Shown piece after piece: positions 28,223 to 37,591 of a stretch of DNA of 64,000 nt; position 1 is the first letter of the stretch, and every line of letters starts with the position of its first letter. Source of the DNA: a virus (Duplodnaviria; Caudoviricetes); IMG/VR virus record IMGVR_UViG_3300044954_000337, positions 1,179-65,178 of that record; one strand, 5' to 3'. The notes under the pieces were generated by a model. It was given only the letters and a program-made list of their open reading frames with translations, was not told the DNA's origin and made no database searches. A program made the position numbers and the translations under genes.

Positions 28223-28495
28223 TCACTCCTCAACGGCAACGGTCTTCTGCATCTCTTCCTGACGCTTGAGAGCAGCCTCATTGAGCTTCTGTACCATGTC
28301 GTTATATGCAGCAACATATTCTGGGGTAACCGTAAGAAACAGAGGCTTTCCCTCTACTTGTTCCATCTGCACAGCCCGGAAGTGATCCACTATATTTGTA
28401 CCAGTTAAAAAGCTCAACTGGACCAGTTCTCTCACCATGGCGATGAGGTCATCGGACATTTTAAATACCTGACGCTGTTGTTTTTCTTCTGACAT
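28223..28495 (-). CDS. hypothetical protein
   Basis: 90-aa ORF in a co-directional run. Confidence 0.7.
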   Translation of the reverse strand: MSEEKQQRQVFKMSDDLIAMVRELVQLSFLTGTNIVDHFRAVQMEQVEGKPLFLTVTPEYVAAYNDMVQKLNEAALKRQEEMQKTVAVEE

Positions 28496-28501
28496 TGTGT
28501 T

Positions 28502-28903
28502 TCAATCCTTTTTTTCGCTAGTTTTAATACCTGCAAGTTTTTGCCAGCGTTTTTTGCTGGCATTTGCTTCTGCTTGCGACTTCTTTTCCATCAAAAGAAT
28601 TTCGGCTAATTTCTTTCTATTTTCCTTGGACAGCAAAACTTCGTCATAGGAAGGGCTTTCCAAGCCAAGGAAATATTTTAAAGCAACCCAGGCTCTTTTA
28701 TACCAGGGAAGGTAGTGATTTAATCTAACTTCCACCGACACCTCGTCATCTATGGTGTCATACACCACAAAAAAATGATGATCTGGCAACCAGCAGTCGC
28801 AGGAAAAGGATATTTTCTGTAGACCAGAATCTACAGTTGCCGATTTTTGCAACTCGTGAGCCGAAATATTTTCTTTATTTTTGGATACAGCCATATTTGA
28901 CAT
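28502..28903 (-). CDS. hypothetical protein
   Basis: 133-aa ORF; CDC...HH; C-terminal RWQKLAGI. Confidence 0.65.
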   Translation of the reverse strand: MSNMAVSKNKENISAHELQKSATVDSGLQKISFSCDCWLPDHHFFVVYDTIDDEVSVEVRLNHYLPWYKRAWVALKYFLGLESPSYDEVLLSKENRKKLAEILLMEKKSQAEANASKKRWQKLAGIKTSEKKD

Positions 28904-28918
28904 TGATAAAGTATTAGA

Positions 28919-30034
28919 CTAAAGCTTTGTTTTGTTTAAGGCTTCCTCTACCATTATCTGGCACAGATTGTCAAGATAACGGTGATTTGGCTCCCGAGGC
29001 AAAGCCGTGGAAGTCTTATAAAGATCGTTTAATTCTTTTTCTTGCCGGTCAGACCACTCAATAAGTTGGTCATATGTCCAGATGCCGTTATTTTTGATGG
29101 CAAGAAGCTCCTCCCTGTCCTCAACGCGCTTTACAATAACCTTGCCGTCGGTCAGGATTTCCCGGCACATTTTCATTAGACGAACAAGGTGCGAGGCATG
29201 TTTTGTGTCATAGCCGAATTTTGCCTCAAGTTCAGCCCTCTTTGGGTTTCTTGTCTTGAGCCAGTTCTGGTACTGTTCCCACTCTGTCTGTTTTGCCTTG
29301 AAGGCGCGTTCCTTTTGAAGGAGAGCAAGGAAATTGTCATCCAATCCCAGGGAACGTCCTGTCCTAGTCCAAACATCATCCCCTGTTAGGTGCATTTCCT
29401 CAAAAAACTTAGAGATATTTCCCTGAAGGGAAATTCTGTCGGCCTCGTCCAACACAGACCAGTCGAAGTCGAAGGTTTCAATCTTTTTCTTAATTTCGGC
29501 CTCTACCGCCCCAAGTTGGTCCCTTGGAATGATGGTAAATTCAGGAAGGTCAAAGTCTTTCCTAAGCGGAGGAGTCTTTGGCGGATTAGAAAGCCACCTG
29601 TGGTGTGTCTGGATGCGCTTTAGCTCAGCGTGGGCATATCCAGAAAATGTATGCTTTGCCTTAAGCGACAGGAACTTGTCCTTGTTTTCGACAAGGAGTT
29701 TTCCGAGGGAAGAAACCCTAACCCACACACTTGGGTCGGTATGGAGAACTTCAATGATATTCGGGTTGCACTGTGCGGCTAGCTTGAAGAATTTTCTAAT
29801 TTCATAAACAACAAGGTCATAGGGAACTTTTCCTTCTGCCTGTTCAAAACCCTCAGAGTACCCAAGATACACATTTTTCGGGGCAATACAAACACCCTTT
29901 ACGTCAATGTCGGAAGTCTCGGTGTTGAGACCATACGCATGACTTCCATGCAACGTCGCAAAGATAGTTCTATCCGTAAGCCACTTTACGTTGCCATTGT
30001 ACATGATGTTGAAATCTAGAGTGGGGTGCGTCAT
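28919..30034 (-). CDS. RlaP/YcgL-like nucleotidyltransferase (Pol-beta superfamily)
   Basis: GSHAYGLNTETSDIDVKGV, NPNIIEVL, FSGYA, GYDTKHASHLVRL. Confidence 0.88.
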   Translation of the reverse strand: MTHPTLDFNIMYNGNVKWLTDRTIFATLHGSHAYGLNTETSDIDVKGVCIAPKNVYLGYSEGFEQAEGKVPYDLVVYEIRKFFKLAAQCNPNIIEVLHTDPSVWVRVSSLGKLLVENKDKFLSLKAKHTFSGYAHAELKRIQTHHRWLSNPPKTPPLRKDFDLPEFTIIPRDQLGAVEAEIKKKIETFDFDWSVLDEADRISLQGNISKFFEEMHLTGDDVWTRTGRSLGLDDNFLALLQKERAFKAKQTEWEQYQNWLKTRNPKRAELEAKFGYDTKHASHLVRLMKMCREILTDGKVIVKRVEDREELLAIKNNGIWTYDQLIEWSDRQEKELNDLYKTSTALPREPNHRYLDNLCQIMVEEALNKTKL

Positions 30035-30040
30035 TACAGC

Positions 30041-30445
30041 TTAGTCCTCAACCAGGTTACCATAGTATGAACTGTAGTCAATATTTTTCGGACATTCAAA
30101 TAAAGTTTCTTCAAGAACTTGCGATATTGTGGCTTTTCTTTGTGGGTGGTACTTTACTATAACCATGTCAAAAATATAAACCCAAAAAAGGTTCGCCCGA
30201 GAAGAAGGTTGAACTCTTAATCGAAAATCTATTTGATCATTTTCGCCCAAGAGATGAAGATATTTTTTTGCCTTCTTAAGATAAAAGTTTGGATGTAAAC
30301 CGTAATACCCGGCAGCATCTTGCATAAATGCACTGCCAATCTTTACCTTGCCATTAAAAAACGAATAGCCGTAGCTGTCCGCGATGTATGGAAACTCACA
30401 TTTGCGTAATAATGTCTCTGGTTCTTCTCTTGGTATCATTGGCAT
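30041..30445 (-). CDS. hypothetical protein
   Basis: 134-aa ORF, TGATG-coupled. Confidence 0.6.
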   Translation of the reverse strand: MPMIPREEPETLLRKCEFPYIADSYGYSFFNGKVKIGSAFMQDAAGYYGLHPNFYLKKAKKYLHLLGENDQIDFRLRVQPSSRANLFWVYIFDMVIVKYHPQRKATISQVLEETLFECPKNIDYSSYYGNLVED

Positions 30446-30792
30446 CAGTCCTTTAAGAACATTACATCCTTAGCAGAAGGAACAATGGCATCTTCAAAAT
30501 CCTTTTCTCTGTTTTCTTGCTCCTCGTCCTTCATTGTACCAAGGAGAGCATACCCGCAAATATCCCTATATGGAGATTCCCCTAGGGCGTTTTTATCAGT
30601 AGCAATTCTTTTGAGTTTGTCGAAAATTCGAACAATGCACAATGCATCAGTATAGGCACTTACCGGGATGCCATCCGGGTAAAGAATCTCAAGAAACTTA
30701 CCTACCTGTCCGAAGGAGTCTCCATAGGCTTTGTTTTTTTCATCCACGAGTTGGCCGATTTCTTGTCCAAGTTTTTCGTACTTTCCAGTCAT
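30445..30792 (-). CDS. DUF1599/Nmad1-like helical nucleotide-pyrophosphatase-related protein
   Basis: KNKAYGDSF, RIFDKLKRI, ESPYRDICGYALL. Confidence 0.65.
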   Translation of the reverse strand: MTGKYEKLGQEIGQLVDEKNKAYGDSFGQVGKFLEILYPDGIPVSAYTDALCIVRIFDKLKRIATDKNALGESPYRDICGYALLGTMKDEEQENREKDFEDAIVPSAKDVMFLKD

Positions 30793-30850
30793 AGTTCTTC
30801 TATCCTAACACGTAGACACTTTGTTATCTACAACAAAGTATAAGATATAA

Positions 30851-31861
30851 ATGGCCTCTCTTACTTTATTTGAGCTTAAAAAGAGAAACAACATAGAGAT
30901 ATTTCTTAATAAGATTTACACAGGTCAGCCATTTCAACTAACTCCAGAAAAACAAACTGAACTCGACAGAGAAAATGTTATCCTAAAGAAGACTCAGGAG
31001 CTTATAGACAGCTTAAATAAAATAACGAAATCTTCCTCTTTTTCTGAGGACAAGAACATTCTCACCAAAAAAGCCTGCATAAGTTTTCTATTGCTGGAAA
31101 CCGTAGACGGCTTACAGATTCCATCTGGTGCCCTACAGAAGACTTGGGAGTTTGGTAGCAAGACTTCTTCCATGGTCTATGCCAAGGAAACCAAACACAG
31201 AAAACAACTTGCATCAAGTCTCAGGTTGGCTACGGTATTTGGTCTCAAGCCAGTTTCTATATCTATTAAAACGGTTTCCGGTAAAACGTTTTCCTACGAG
31301 GGCGTTACTTCCGTGGTAAGTCCAGAGTCTATAGCAGGGCGACTTCCAAAGGCAGATTTTCATTTCCTCGGAAAGGATAATGCTGTTCTTTTTAAGGTAT
31401 CCCACAAGGATGGCAGAAAGCCAAAAGACTTTAGGCAATGGTCTGGGATAAAAGATTTTTGTGACCATGCAGAAATAAAAAGATTTGGCCAAGACCTCAA
31501 GTCTTTCCTAGAAACTCAACAAACTTGGGTGGATACAAAAATTTTTCCACCAACTTTTTCCGTTGCCAGAGAAATAGTTGACCCAAACCTAAAAAAACTT
31601 GCCATCTTCGGAAACGAAAGTGACTCGGCAGATTTTTTGTTTCAAGGAGAATGTTTTTTCACTAAGGTAGGAGACTTTCATTTTGAAGTTTCCTCTAACA
31701 TCATCCTTCACAAGGAAGACGACCTCGGTCTTTTACCAGAGGGCTACCAACCAGTTGTCCTAGCTAGAAGAGGGGATCTGAAGAGAGGTGCCTTTGGTAT
31801 AAAAGCTTGCAGAAGTTTCATATATCCGAAGGCTGGAAGAAAAATCCACAAGCTTATCTGA
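30851..31861 (+). CDS. putative PD-(D/E)xK restriction-endonuclease-like nuclease
   Basis: PKADF...VSHKDG...QWSG pattern. Confidence 0.5.
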   Translation: MASLTLFELKKRNNIEIFLNKIYTGQPFQLTPEKQTELDRENVILKKTQELIDSLNKITKSSSFSEDKNILTKKACISFLLLETVDGLQIPSGALQKTWEFGSKTSSMVYAKETKHRKQLASSLRLATVFGLKPVSISIKTVSGKTFSYEGVTSVVSPESIAGRLPKADFHFLGKDNAVLFKVSHKDGRKPKDFRQWSGIKDFCDHAEIKRFGQDLKSFLETQQTWVDTKIFPPTFSVAREIVDPNLKKLAIFGNESDSADFLFQGECFFTKVGDFHFEVSSNIILHKEDDLGLLPEGYQPVVLARRGDLKRGAFGIKACRSFIYPKAGRKIHKLI

Positions 31862-31879
31862 CCACTATTTATCTGTGTT

Positions 31880-32356
31880 ATGAAATATGTTCATTTTACA
31901 GATAACGAGGGCGCTAGGCAAATCCTAGACTCTGGAAACCTCCTAAAATCCTCTATAGTAGATGGCGTGTTCGCCGTGGCCGTGGGAGGCTCCTATGTGC
32001 CAGAAACGCAGCAGACCCGTCTAGGCCGCGCTAAAAATAGGAACGTGGCGGTGGTCTTTCAGACGCCAGAACTACCGGACGTTGCTTTCCCGGAAGAGGT
32101 TATTTGGCACCTAGAGAAAATACCCGTTTATAATGTAGAAATTATGCCGGCAGACCAGGCAAGAACTTTATTGGACGGCTCTATACCATCAAAATTTGGG
32201 GAAGGCGATGCCTTGGATATACCACTGCACCCTTCCATTGTGGACAAAAGAACCCTTGAAAGGGTAAGGCTTAAAAAAGAGTCTGTCTCTAGGTTTATTT
32301 CAGACCTACAGAATCAGGACAGGCTTAGAAAGCTCAAGACAAAAAATGTCAGGTAA
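31880..32356 (+). CDS. putative ADP-ribosyltransferase-fold protein
   Basis: YVHFTDNEGARQILDSGNL...GVFA...EEV resembles the HxT...I..SG.L strand/helix of ART-family toxins. Confidence 0.45.
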   Translation: MKYVHFTDNEGARQILDSGNLLKSSIVDGVFAVAVGGSYVPETQQTRLGRAKNRNVAVVFQTPELPDVAFPEEVIWHLEKIPVYNVEIMPADQARTLLDGSIPSKFGEGDALDIPLHPSIVDKRTLERVRLKKESVSRFISDLQNQDRLRKLKTKNVR

Positions 32357-33053
32357 ATGGCCCGGCCAGGGTACCATCTTCTATTTTTAGACCAAAGGCT
32401 CTAAGGGTCATTTCAAATTCCCCGGTTTGGTCTACCATTTCCAACATTTTTCTTGCAAGCTCCCTTATTTCTACCTGGGCGTGGGTAGAGTACCTGAGAG
32501 TCAGGAAATGATAAAAAGACCTGAAGTTGAACATTACGTCTGCCTGAAGTTGATTTCCATATGGCAAATATAATCTAGCAGATTCCTTTGCTCTTTTTTT
32601 ATCCATGCCCCTGGCAACTAAACGTTCTATGGTTGAATGATAAGAGCTTAGACTTTCTTCTAGGTGCTTAACATATAAAAGAACTTCTTCTTCTGGCCAA
32701 TCCTGCGGGACATAAAATTTGTTATCTTTCAACTCTTTATACCTGGCAGATTCTCCATTTACAGAGACGCCAATTCTATGTTTAATCAGGTGAATGTGGG
32801 AGGCGATGTCGGTAGTAACCAAAAAGTGAATGGCAGACTTCTCAAATGGAGTTCCATGTTGATTGCTTGCTAGCATCTTAAGAAGCTGTGGAATTCTTGC
32901 CGCTTTATCATCAGACAAATTTCTAGAGGTTGAGGTCCAGGCAGAACAAGCGTGAGTCTTATCCCCTCCGTAGGTACCTAAAAGCTCCACCTTGTTTTGA
33001 TGGAGTTCCTTATATATTTGTGCCATTTCCTTGTAATCAAATCCTTCACTCAT
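32349..33053 (-). CDS. thyX: FAD-dependent thymidylate synthase
   Basis: HGTPFE, KHR..VS.NGESARY, KESARLYLP, NFRS..HFLTLR, HAQVEIR. Confidence 0.93.
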   Translation of the reverse strand: MSEGFDYKEMAQIYKELHQNKVELLGTYGGDKTHACSAWTSTSRNLSDDKAARIPQLLKMLASNQHGTPFEKSAIHFLVTTDIASHIHLIKHRIGVSVNGESARYKELKDNKFYVPQDWPEEEVLLYVKHLEESLSSYHSTIERLVARGMDKKRAKESARLYLPYGNQLQADVMFNFRSFYHFLTLRYSTHAQVEIRELARKMLEMVDQTGEFEMTLRAFGLKIEDGTLAGPFT

Positions 33054-33421
33054 ATTTTTTGATCTCCTAAGAACTCAATCTTTTCTATTTCTTCCCCAAG
33101 AAAGACATAACTAACAAGCTTTGTTTGGTTTCCTCGTCTTTTAACGACGTTTACCTCAACAAGTTTCAGTACAGCCCCGGGGGCTGGTCTTCTGGTGTCG
33201 GCGCTTATGAAAAACCCGTCCACCTTTCTGGTCCTTATGTCTTCCTCGTCCAGTCTTTGATAGCTAAGACTATGGACTTCAGAAATGATACCTACTTCCT
33301 TGGGGTCTTTGAGAAAGACTCTAATGAAGTCCCCGGGTACCAAGTCAGAAACAGAAACCATTTTCTCGCTCTTGGTATCATTTGCACCAAGAAGCCATTT
33401 TTTAACAATAGACAGCACCAT
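33050..33421 (-). CDS. hypothetical protein
   Basis: 123-aa ORF, ATGA-coupled to thyX. Confidence 0.65.
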   Translation of the reverse strand: MVLSIVKKWLLGANDTKSEKMVSVSDLVPGDFIRVFLKDPKEVGIISEVHSLSYQRLDEEDIRTRKVDGFFISADTRRPAPGAVLKLVEVNVVKRRGNQTKLVSYVFLGEEIEKIEFLGDQKI

Positions 33422-33448
33422 TCGTTTGGAAGGTACACCCTGCGGAAA

Positions 33449-33697
33449 TCAGAATGAACCGGAGATTGACCCGGACATAAGCTGCCAAATTTGGTTGGCA
33501 ACTCTTTGCTCTAATTTAAACACAACAGTTGGCTTACCGGACCCATCTGCGAGGTTTTGAAGCTGAACCTCTGGTACGAGTCTGATGCCTACATAAATAC
33601 GATCTACCCCATCCGTGTCTGTTATTCTGCGGACAGTCTGAGAACCTGTAAGGTAGGTGCTGGAGAAAGTAAGAAATGTATTGTCGGGTGTTGCCAT
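33449..33697 (-). CDS. small putative virion protein
   Basis: 82 aa ending SGSISGSF; TAATTA 5 nt upstream. Confidence 0.6.
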   Translation of the reverse strand: MATPDNTFLTFSSTYLTGSQTVRRITDTDGVDRIYVGIRLVPEVQLQNLADGSGKPTVVFKLEQRVANQIWQLMSGSISGSF

Positions 33698-33726
33698 AGG
33701 AGTAATTATATCTTATTTTTAGTAAT

Positions 33727-35388
33727 TCAAGACGCAACGCGATTTAAGGCAGCAGTTACAAAATCCCAGTTGTATTTATTGCCAATTCCAAAAAGTTTAT
33801 CTAAAAGTCTCTTTCGATTATAGATATCGTCTGGTTTCAGTCCGCTCATAAGAGTGTCAACTATATCTACCCAACTTCTACTACTGCTATTTTGAAATCC
33901 TTCTGGAATTCTACGTTCCAGCGAACGAATTAAATCTGGAATCTGCTGGAGATGCTCACGACCGCCGATTGGGTCGGCGGTATACCTCTCCAGAATTGCT
34001 TTCATTCTCTCTGGATAAAAAACAAGGGGTAATATATAATTGGGCCAGTAAATTTCTTCTTGGCGCGAGATGATAATTGTTGCCAAAACCTTTAAGGCGG
34101 ATTCCGTAAGGGCAAATGTACCAGGATTGATTTTATGAATTCGAATAACTTTTTCTGCCCAACCATGGTTGAAAATCTCTCTTCCCCGGTCAACAATCAT
34201 TCCTAGACCAATTCTAATTCTGCTATTTGCAAGTCTTATGTCGTCATTCGACCATCCGTCCCTAGGGACAGTTGCAAGATATTCAATTATTTTAAGTCCT
34301 TTCTCGGGGTTTTCTTTTATGGCGTTGTTAAAATAATCCCAGTTGAGTGCTGGTCTTGGGTCACGCTTGAGGTCTTCCATAGAAAAAACATTAAATGGAG
34401 CGATACCAATTGCTGGTTGCAAGAAATTATTTAATATGTCAAGAATTGGCTTTGGGTACTTTTCTTCTATGTAAATTTTTTTCTTTTCGTTATCTTGTGC
34501 GTCATATATCTCTATCTGCTCAATATCTCCAGCAAAGGCGATGGCATCTTTGTCTCCTGTTTTCTTGTTTATGACAAACAAGAATCTTGCACCTTTCTCG
34601 AAATATTCATCAAAATAGTTTTTAGATTGTGTAGCGGATATACACCACTGAGTTCCTTTTCCGTACACGCAAGAGGCTTCCTTGCTCCTTGGCTCTATTA
34701 TGAGATATTCTTGGTCCTCATAAATTTTTTCTGCAGTTTTTTCTGCCGCCTTTTGCTGTTGGGCTACCTCGGCTTCTGCCTCGGCTTTTTCTACCACGCG
34801 GAGAAGGCTATATAAATCTTTGTACTTTAAAATATCCTTGGAGTCTTGTGGGATTCTGTTGAGTTTTAACATCTTCTCAAATCTGTTGACAACCCCTAAT
34901 TCGCCTTCTGCTGTTTCGTTGGCATTATTACGAATGTAGTTAGCGTTTCTATAATCTTTATTATTGGGATAAGTTTTTGCCTTTATTTCCCAATCTACTG
35001 CCCATTCTTTTCCTCTTGCTGTAAGCCATGGCACATACTTTGGCAGTACATCTCCTTGTTTTAAAGTCTCCAAGAAAGCCGTAAGAAACACATCATCTTT
35101 CGCCGCCGCAATGGCTTGGTCTATCTTTCCCTCAAGAAGTCTAGTGGTTGACTCCCCAAGGCCCATTCTAGGCGGATCGTGGGAATATGGCTTTTTGTTA
35201 AGGTTCTTGGAAACCTTCTTCATCACAGACTTAGTTCTTTTCTTGTTGGGGTCATTCCTGTCCATGTACACGGCCCCACCACCAATCATGCCTCTTCTGA
35301 CAGACTTGGTAGCTTTTTTGTGACCCATGTCATCAAGAACATTTTCCACAAGGGCCTCAATAAGTTTTTTTATTGTCTCTGTCGCCAT
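33727..35388 (-). CDS. hypothetical protein with acidic leader and a central SC.YG.GT.WCI domain
   Basis: IKKLIEALVENVLDD leader; ASCVYGKGTQWCISA...NYFDEY. Confidence 0.75.
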   Translation of the reverse strand: MATETIKKLIEALVENVLDDMGHKKATKSVRRGMIGGGAVYMDRNDPNKKRTKSVMKKVSKNLNKKPYSHDPPRMGLGESTTRLLEGKIDQAIAAAKDDVFLTAFLETLKQGDVLPKYVPWLTARGKEWAVDWEIKAKTYPNNKDYRNANYIRNNANETAEGELGVVNRFEKMLKLNRIPQDSKDILKYKDLYSLLRVVEKAEAEAEVAQQQKAAEKTAEKIYEDQEYLIIEPRSKEASCVYGKGTQWCISATQSKNYFDEYFEKGARFLFVINKKTGDKDAIAFAGDIEQIEIYDAQDNEKKKIYIEEKYPKPILDILNNFLQPAIGIAPFNVFSMEDLKRDPRPALNWDYFNNAIKENPEKGLKIIEYLATVPRDGWSNDDIRLANSRIRIGLGMIVDRGREIFNHGWAEKVIRIHKINPGTFALTESALKVLATIIISRQEEIYWPNYILPLVFYPERMKAILERYTADPIGGREHLQQIPDLIRSLERRIPEGFQNSSSRSWVDIVDTLMSGLKPDDIYNRKRLLDKLFGIGNKYNWDFVTAALNRVAS

Positions 35389-35389
35389 A

Positions 35390-36220
35390 TTATACCCCTA
35401 TGTCAAGTGCCTTGATGTTTCCATTAGCATCCAAGCCCCAGTGATCTGCCCTATCTATGTCCATAACGTTGTGGTGAACCGCAAGAACAAAATATTTGTT
35501 CAGAAGTTCCTCCGCTTTTGGATTTGACTTGTAGATATTTAGAAGTTCCTCGGCTCTGGCGGCAGACCAAGCCACCTCGTCGCCCTTCATTTGCGAGATA
35601 GCAAGAAGAAACTCTCCGGCGACTTTATGGTTTTTTGCACCAAGCTCGCGTGTGTTTATCAGAGTATCAAATGTACCAAGGTTTCTCCTGGAAACGCCTG
35701 TTATATTTTTCATATTGGCATCTTGCCCCGGTCTATCAAATTGTTTTATTGGCTCTACCACAAACCACGAAGAATGATCTTTGTCATAATCATATATTGT
35801 TGGGACAAGTCCAGTTCCGGCTAAGTCTAGGGAACGATCTATTTCTTTCTTAAACTGACCGAATTCGTCAAATCCATACCTAGAAATTTTTAGAATCTTT
35901 CCAGAGGAAATAGCAAAAACATCTTTTGCGACTCCAAAACCAAGGTATGGGATGGCAAACTTGTTTACATAGTCCCACTGCTGTTCCACTGGAAGGGATT
36001 TAAACTTTCTCATGTTAAATCCTCTGAACATGGCTTCCGGCAAAACCTTCTTCTTCTTTCTAGGTTTATCCCCTGACCACATAACCCGGTGCTGTGGTGT
36101 CATATTAATTCCAAGAGGCTGACCTCCGGTTGCAGAAACCCCTCCGGCGCCTATGGCATTAAACTCGTCCAGTTCTTGCTGGACGAGTTCTTCAATCAAA
36201 TTTTTGAGATTAGTATTCAT
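35390..36220 (-). CDS. protein-kinase-like-fold protein with acidic leader
   Basis: LGFGVAKDVF (Gly loop), ILKIS (Lys), E, DIDRADHWG (catalytic loop), LDIG (DFG-like). Confidence 0.7.
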   Translation of the reverse strand: MNTNLKNLIEELVQQELDEFNAIGAGGVSATGGQPLGINMTPQHRVMWSGDKPRKKKKVLPEAMFRGFNMRKFKSLPVEQQWDYVNKFAIPYLGFGVAKDVFAISSGKILKISRYGFDEFGQFKKEIDRSLDLAGTGLVPTIYDYDKDHSSWFVVEPIKQFDRPGQDANMKNITGVSRRNLGTFDTLINTRELGAKNHKVAGEFLLAISQMKGDEVAWSAARAEELLNIYKSNPKAEELLNKYFVLAVHHNVMDIDRADHWGLDANGNIKALDIGV

Positions 36221-36842
36221 GGGTCATTCCTAAATCAACACAAACAAGTCTTCCACCAGCCGTTATTCCCCAGTGAGCCCAGTGGGTTACATCATCCATT
36301 CCACCCCTGGCAAGGTGAGCCATTTTTGCTATAAGTATCTTCCCTAGTTTTGTTGGTGAAACATCGGGAACCTCCCACGATTTTACTTTGTTGAATTCCC
36401 TGCTTAGGTTTTCTGGGGTGACTTCTGGGTGGGTCAAAAGAAAATGAAAGGCGCTTTCAAGCCAAGTTTCATTGAGTCCCGTGTCTGCCTCAAACTGCTC
36501 GGCAGACTGCCAGGTTGTGGCATGTTCGGAAATCATCCATGTAAAATACTCATCATGGTCATAAATGGCCGGGGCATACTTAGGTCCGAATTTCTTGAAA
36601 GCAGAAAACTCCTTGGAGTTCTGTTCTGCGTCCTTAGCTATTTTTATAACTTTCTCTGGGGAAAGAGCATAGGTGCATTTTGCCACACCACATCCCAGTC
36701 TAGGCAACCCAGTCTCCTTGGCGTAGGTCATTCTTTCTTTGTAACCGGGAAGTGCCCTGAAATGTTCCAGGTCAAAACCCGATAAAAATGCTTCCTCCAC
36801 AAGACGGTCAAGCATTTCCCTAAGGGAGACAGAGGCGTTCAT
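36210..36842 (-). CDS. protein-kinase-like-fold protein with acidic leader (paralog)
   Basis: LGCGVAKCTY, VIKIA, E, DDVTHWAHWG, VDLG. Confidence 0.7.
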   Translation of the reverse strand: MNASVSLREMLDRLVEEAFLSGFDLEHFRALPGYKERMTYAKETGLPRLGCGVAKCTYALSPEKVIKIAKDAEQNSKEFSAFKKFGPKYAPAIYDHDEYFTWMISEHATTWQSAEQFEADTGLNETWLESAFHFLLTHPEVTPENLSREFNKVKSWEVPDVSPTKLGKILIAKMAHLARGGMDDVTHWAHWGITAGGRLVCVDLGMTHEY

Positions 36843-36851
36843 GCCCTTTAA

Positions 36852-37529
36852 TTATACCGGCAAACCTCTGGCTTTCAGAATATTTTCAAGCTTTTGGATA
36901 GTGTCCTGTGGATTTTTGTGCAAAATGATGGTTCCGCCGTTTGCCTCAAACTTGGAGGTATACTTGGTGCGGTCATCAATCAAAATACTATTAGAGTTCG
37001 CGTAGTTATGCTTATCCTGGGTGCAAATAAAATCCGAAAACATCCCTTGGAAGTTTTTTTCTATCCACTGGCGTTTTTCTTCCTCGCACCTAGCAGGATC
37101 ATTGTCAATCGGGGCAGTAAGGACAACTGGCTTTTTACCCGTCATGGCTGCTATCCTCGAAACCATTTCCTGTGCTCCAGAAAGCACAGGGAGGCTCAGG
37201 AAAAATCCTTTTTGTCCTGCAACGGCAAATTTCTGCTCCCTGTATTTCTGCCAGGCTTTCTTCAGGGCTTTAAGTCCTGGGTCCGTCTGAGGGCCAGCAA
37301 GCCTTGCTTTGAGTTCATCATCCTGAAGGGTAGAAAACTCTGGAAACTTGCTAAGAAGCAAGTCGAAAGTCTGTTTAGTTTTATTGGAGCTTCCACCCGT
37401 TCTGTCTTGAACGCCTTGGTCGAATGCAGCAATCACACCGTCCATGTCTACGTAAACAGTCGGAGTATTTAAAACCCCAAGCTCAGCTTCTACTAGATTT
37501 TCTACAAATTCTCTTAAAATTTTAGTCAT
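36852..37529 (-). CDS. HAD-family 5'(3')-deoxyribonucleotidase (NT5C-like) with acidic leader
   Basis: VYVDMDGV, LTAP, EKRQW, K, LIDDR. Confidence 0.88.
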   Translation of the reverse strand: MTKILREFVENLVEAELGVLNTPTVYVDMDGVIAAFDQGVQDRTGGSSNKTKQTFDLLLSKFPEFSTLQDDELKARLAGPQTDPGLKALKKAWQKYREQKFAVAGQKGFFLSLPVLSGAQEMVSRIAAMTGKKPVVLTAPIDNDPARCEEEKRQWIEKNFQGMFSDFICTQDKHNYANSNSILIDDRTKYTSKFEANGGTIILHKNPQDTIQKLENILKARGLPV

Positions 37530-37556
37530 GTGCTACTTCTACTAGTAAGTAGCACA
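37529..37556 (-). promoter_or_regulatory. TACTTA motif within a 10-bp hairpin abutting the start codon
   Basis: tgtgctactt (37529-37538) / aagtagcaca (37547-37556); taagta at 37546-37551. Confidence 0.6.
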
Positions 37557-37591
37557 AAACTTTCGCATCTTCAACTTTCGCTACAATGCGA

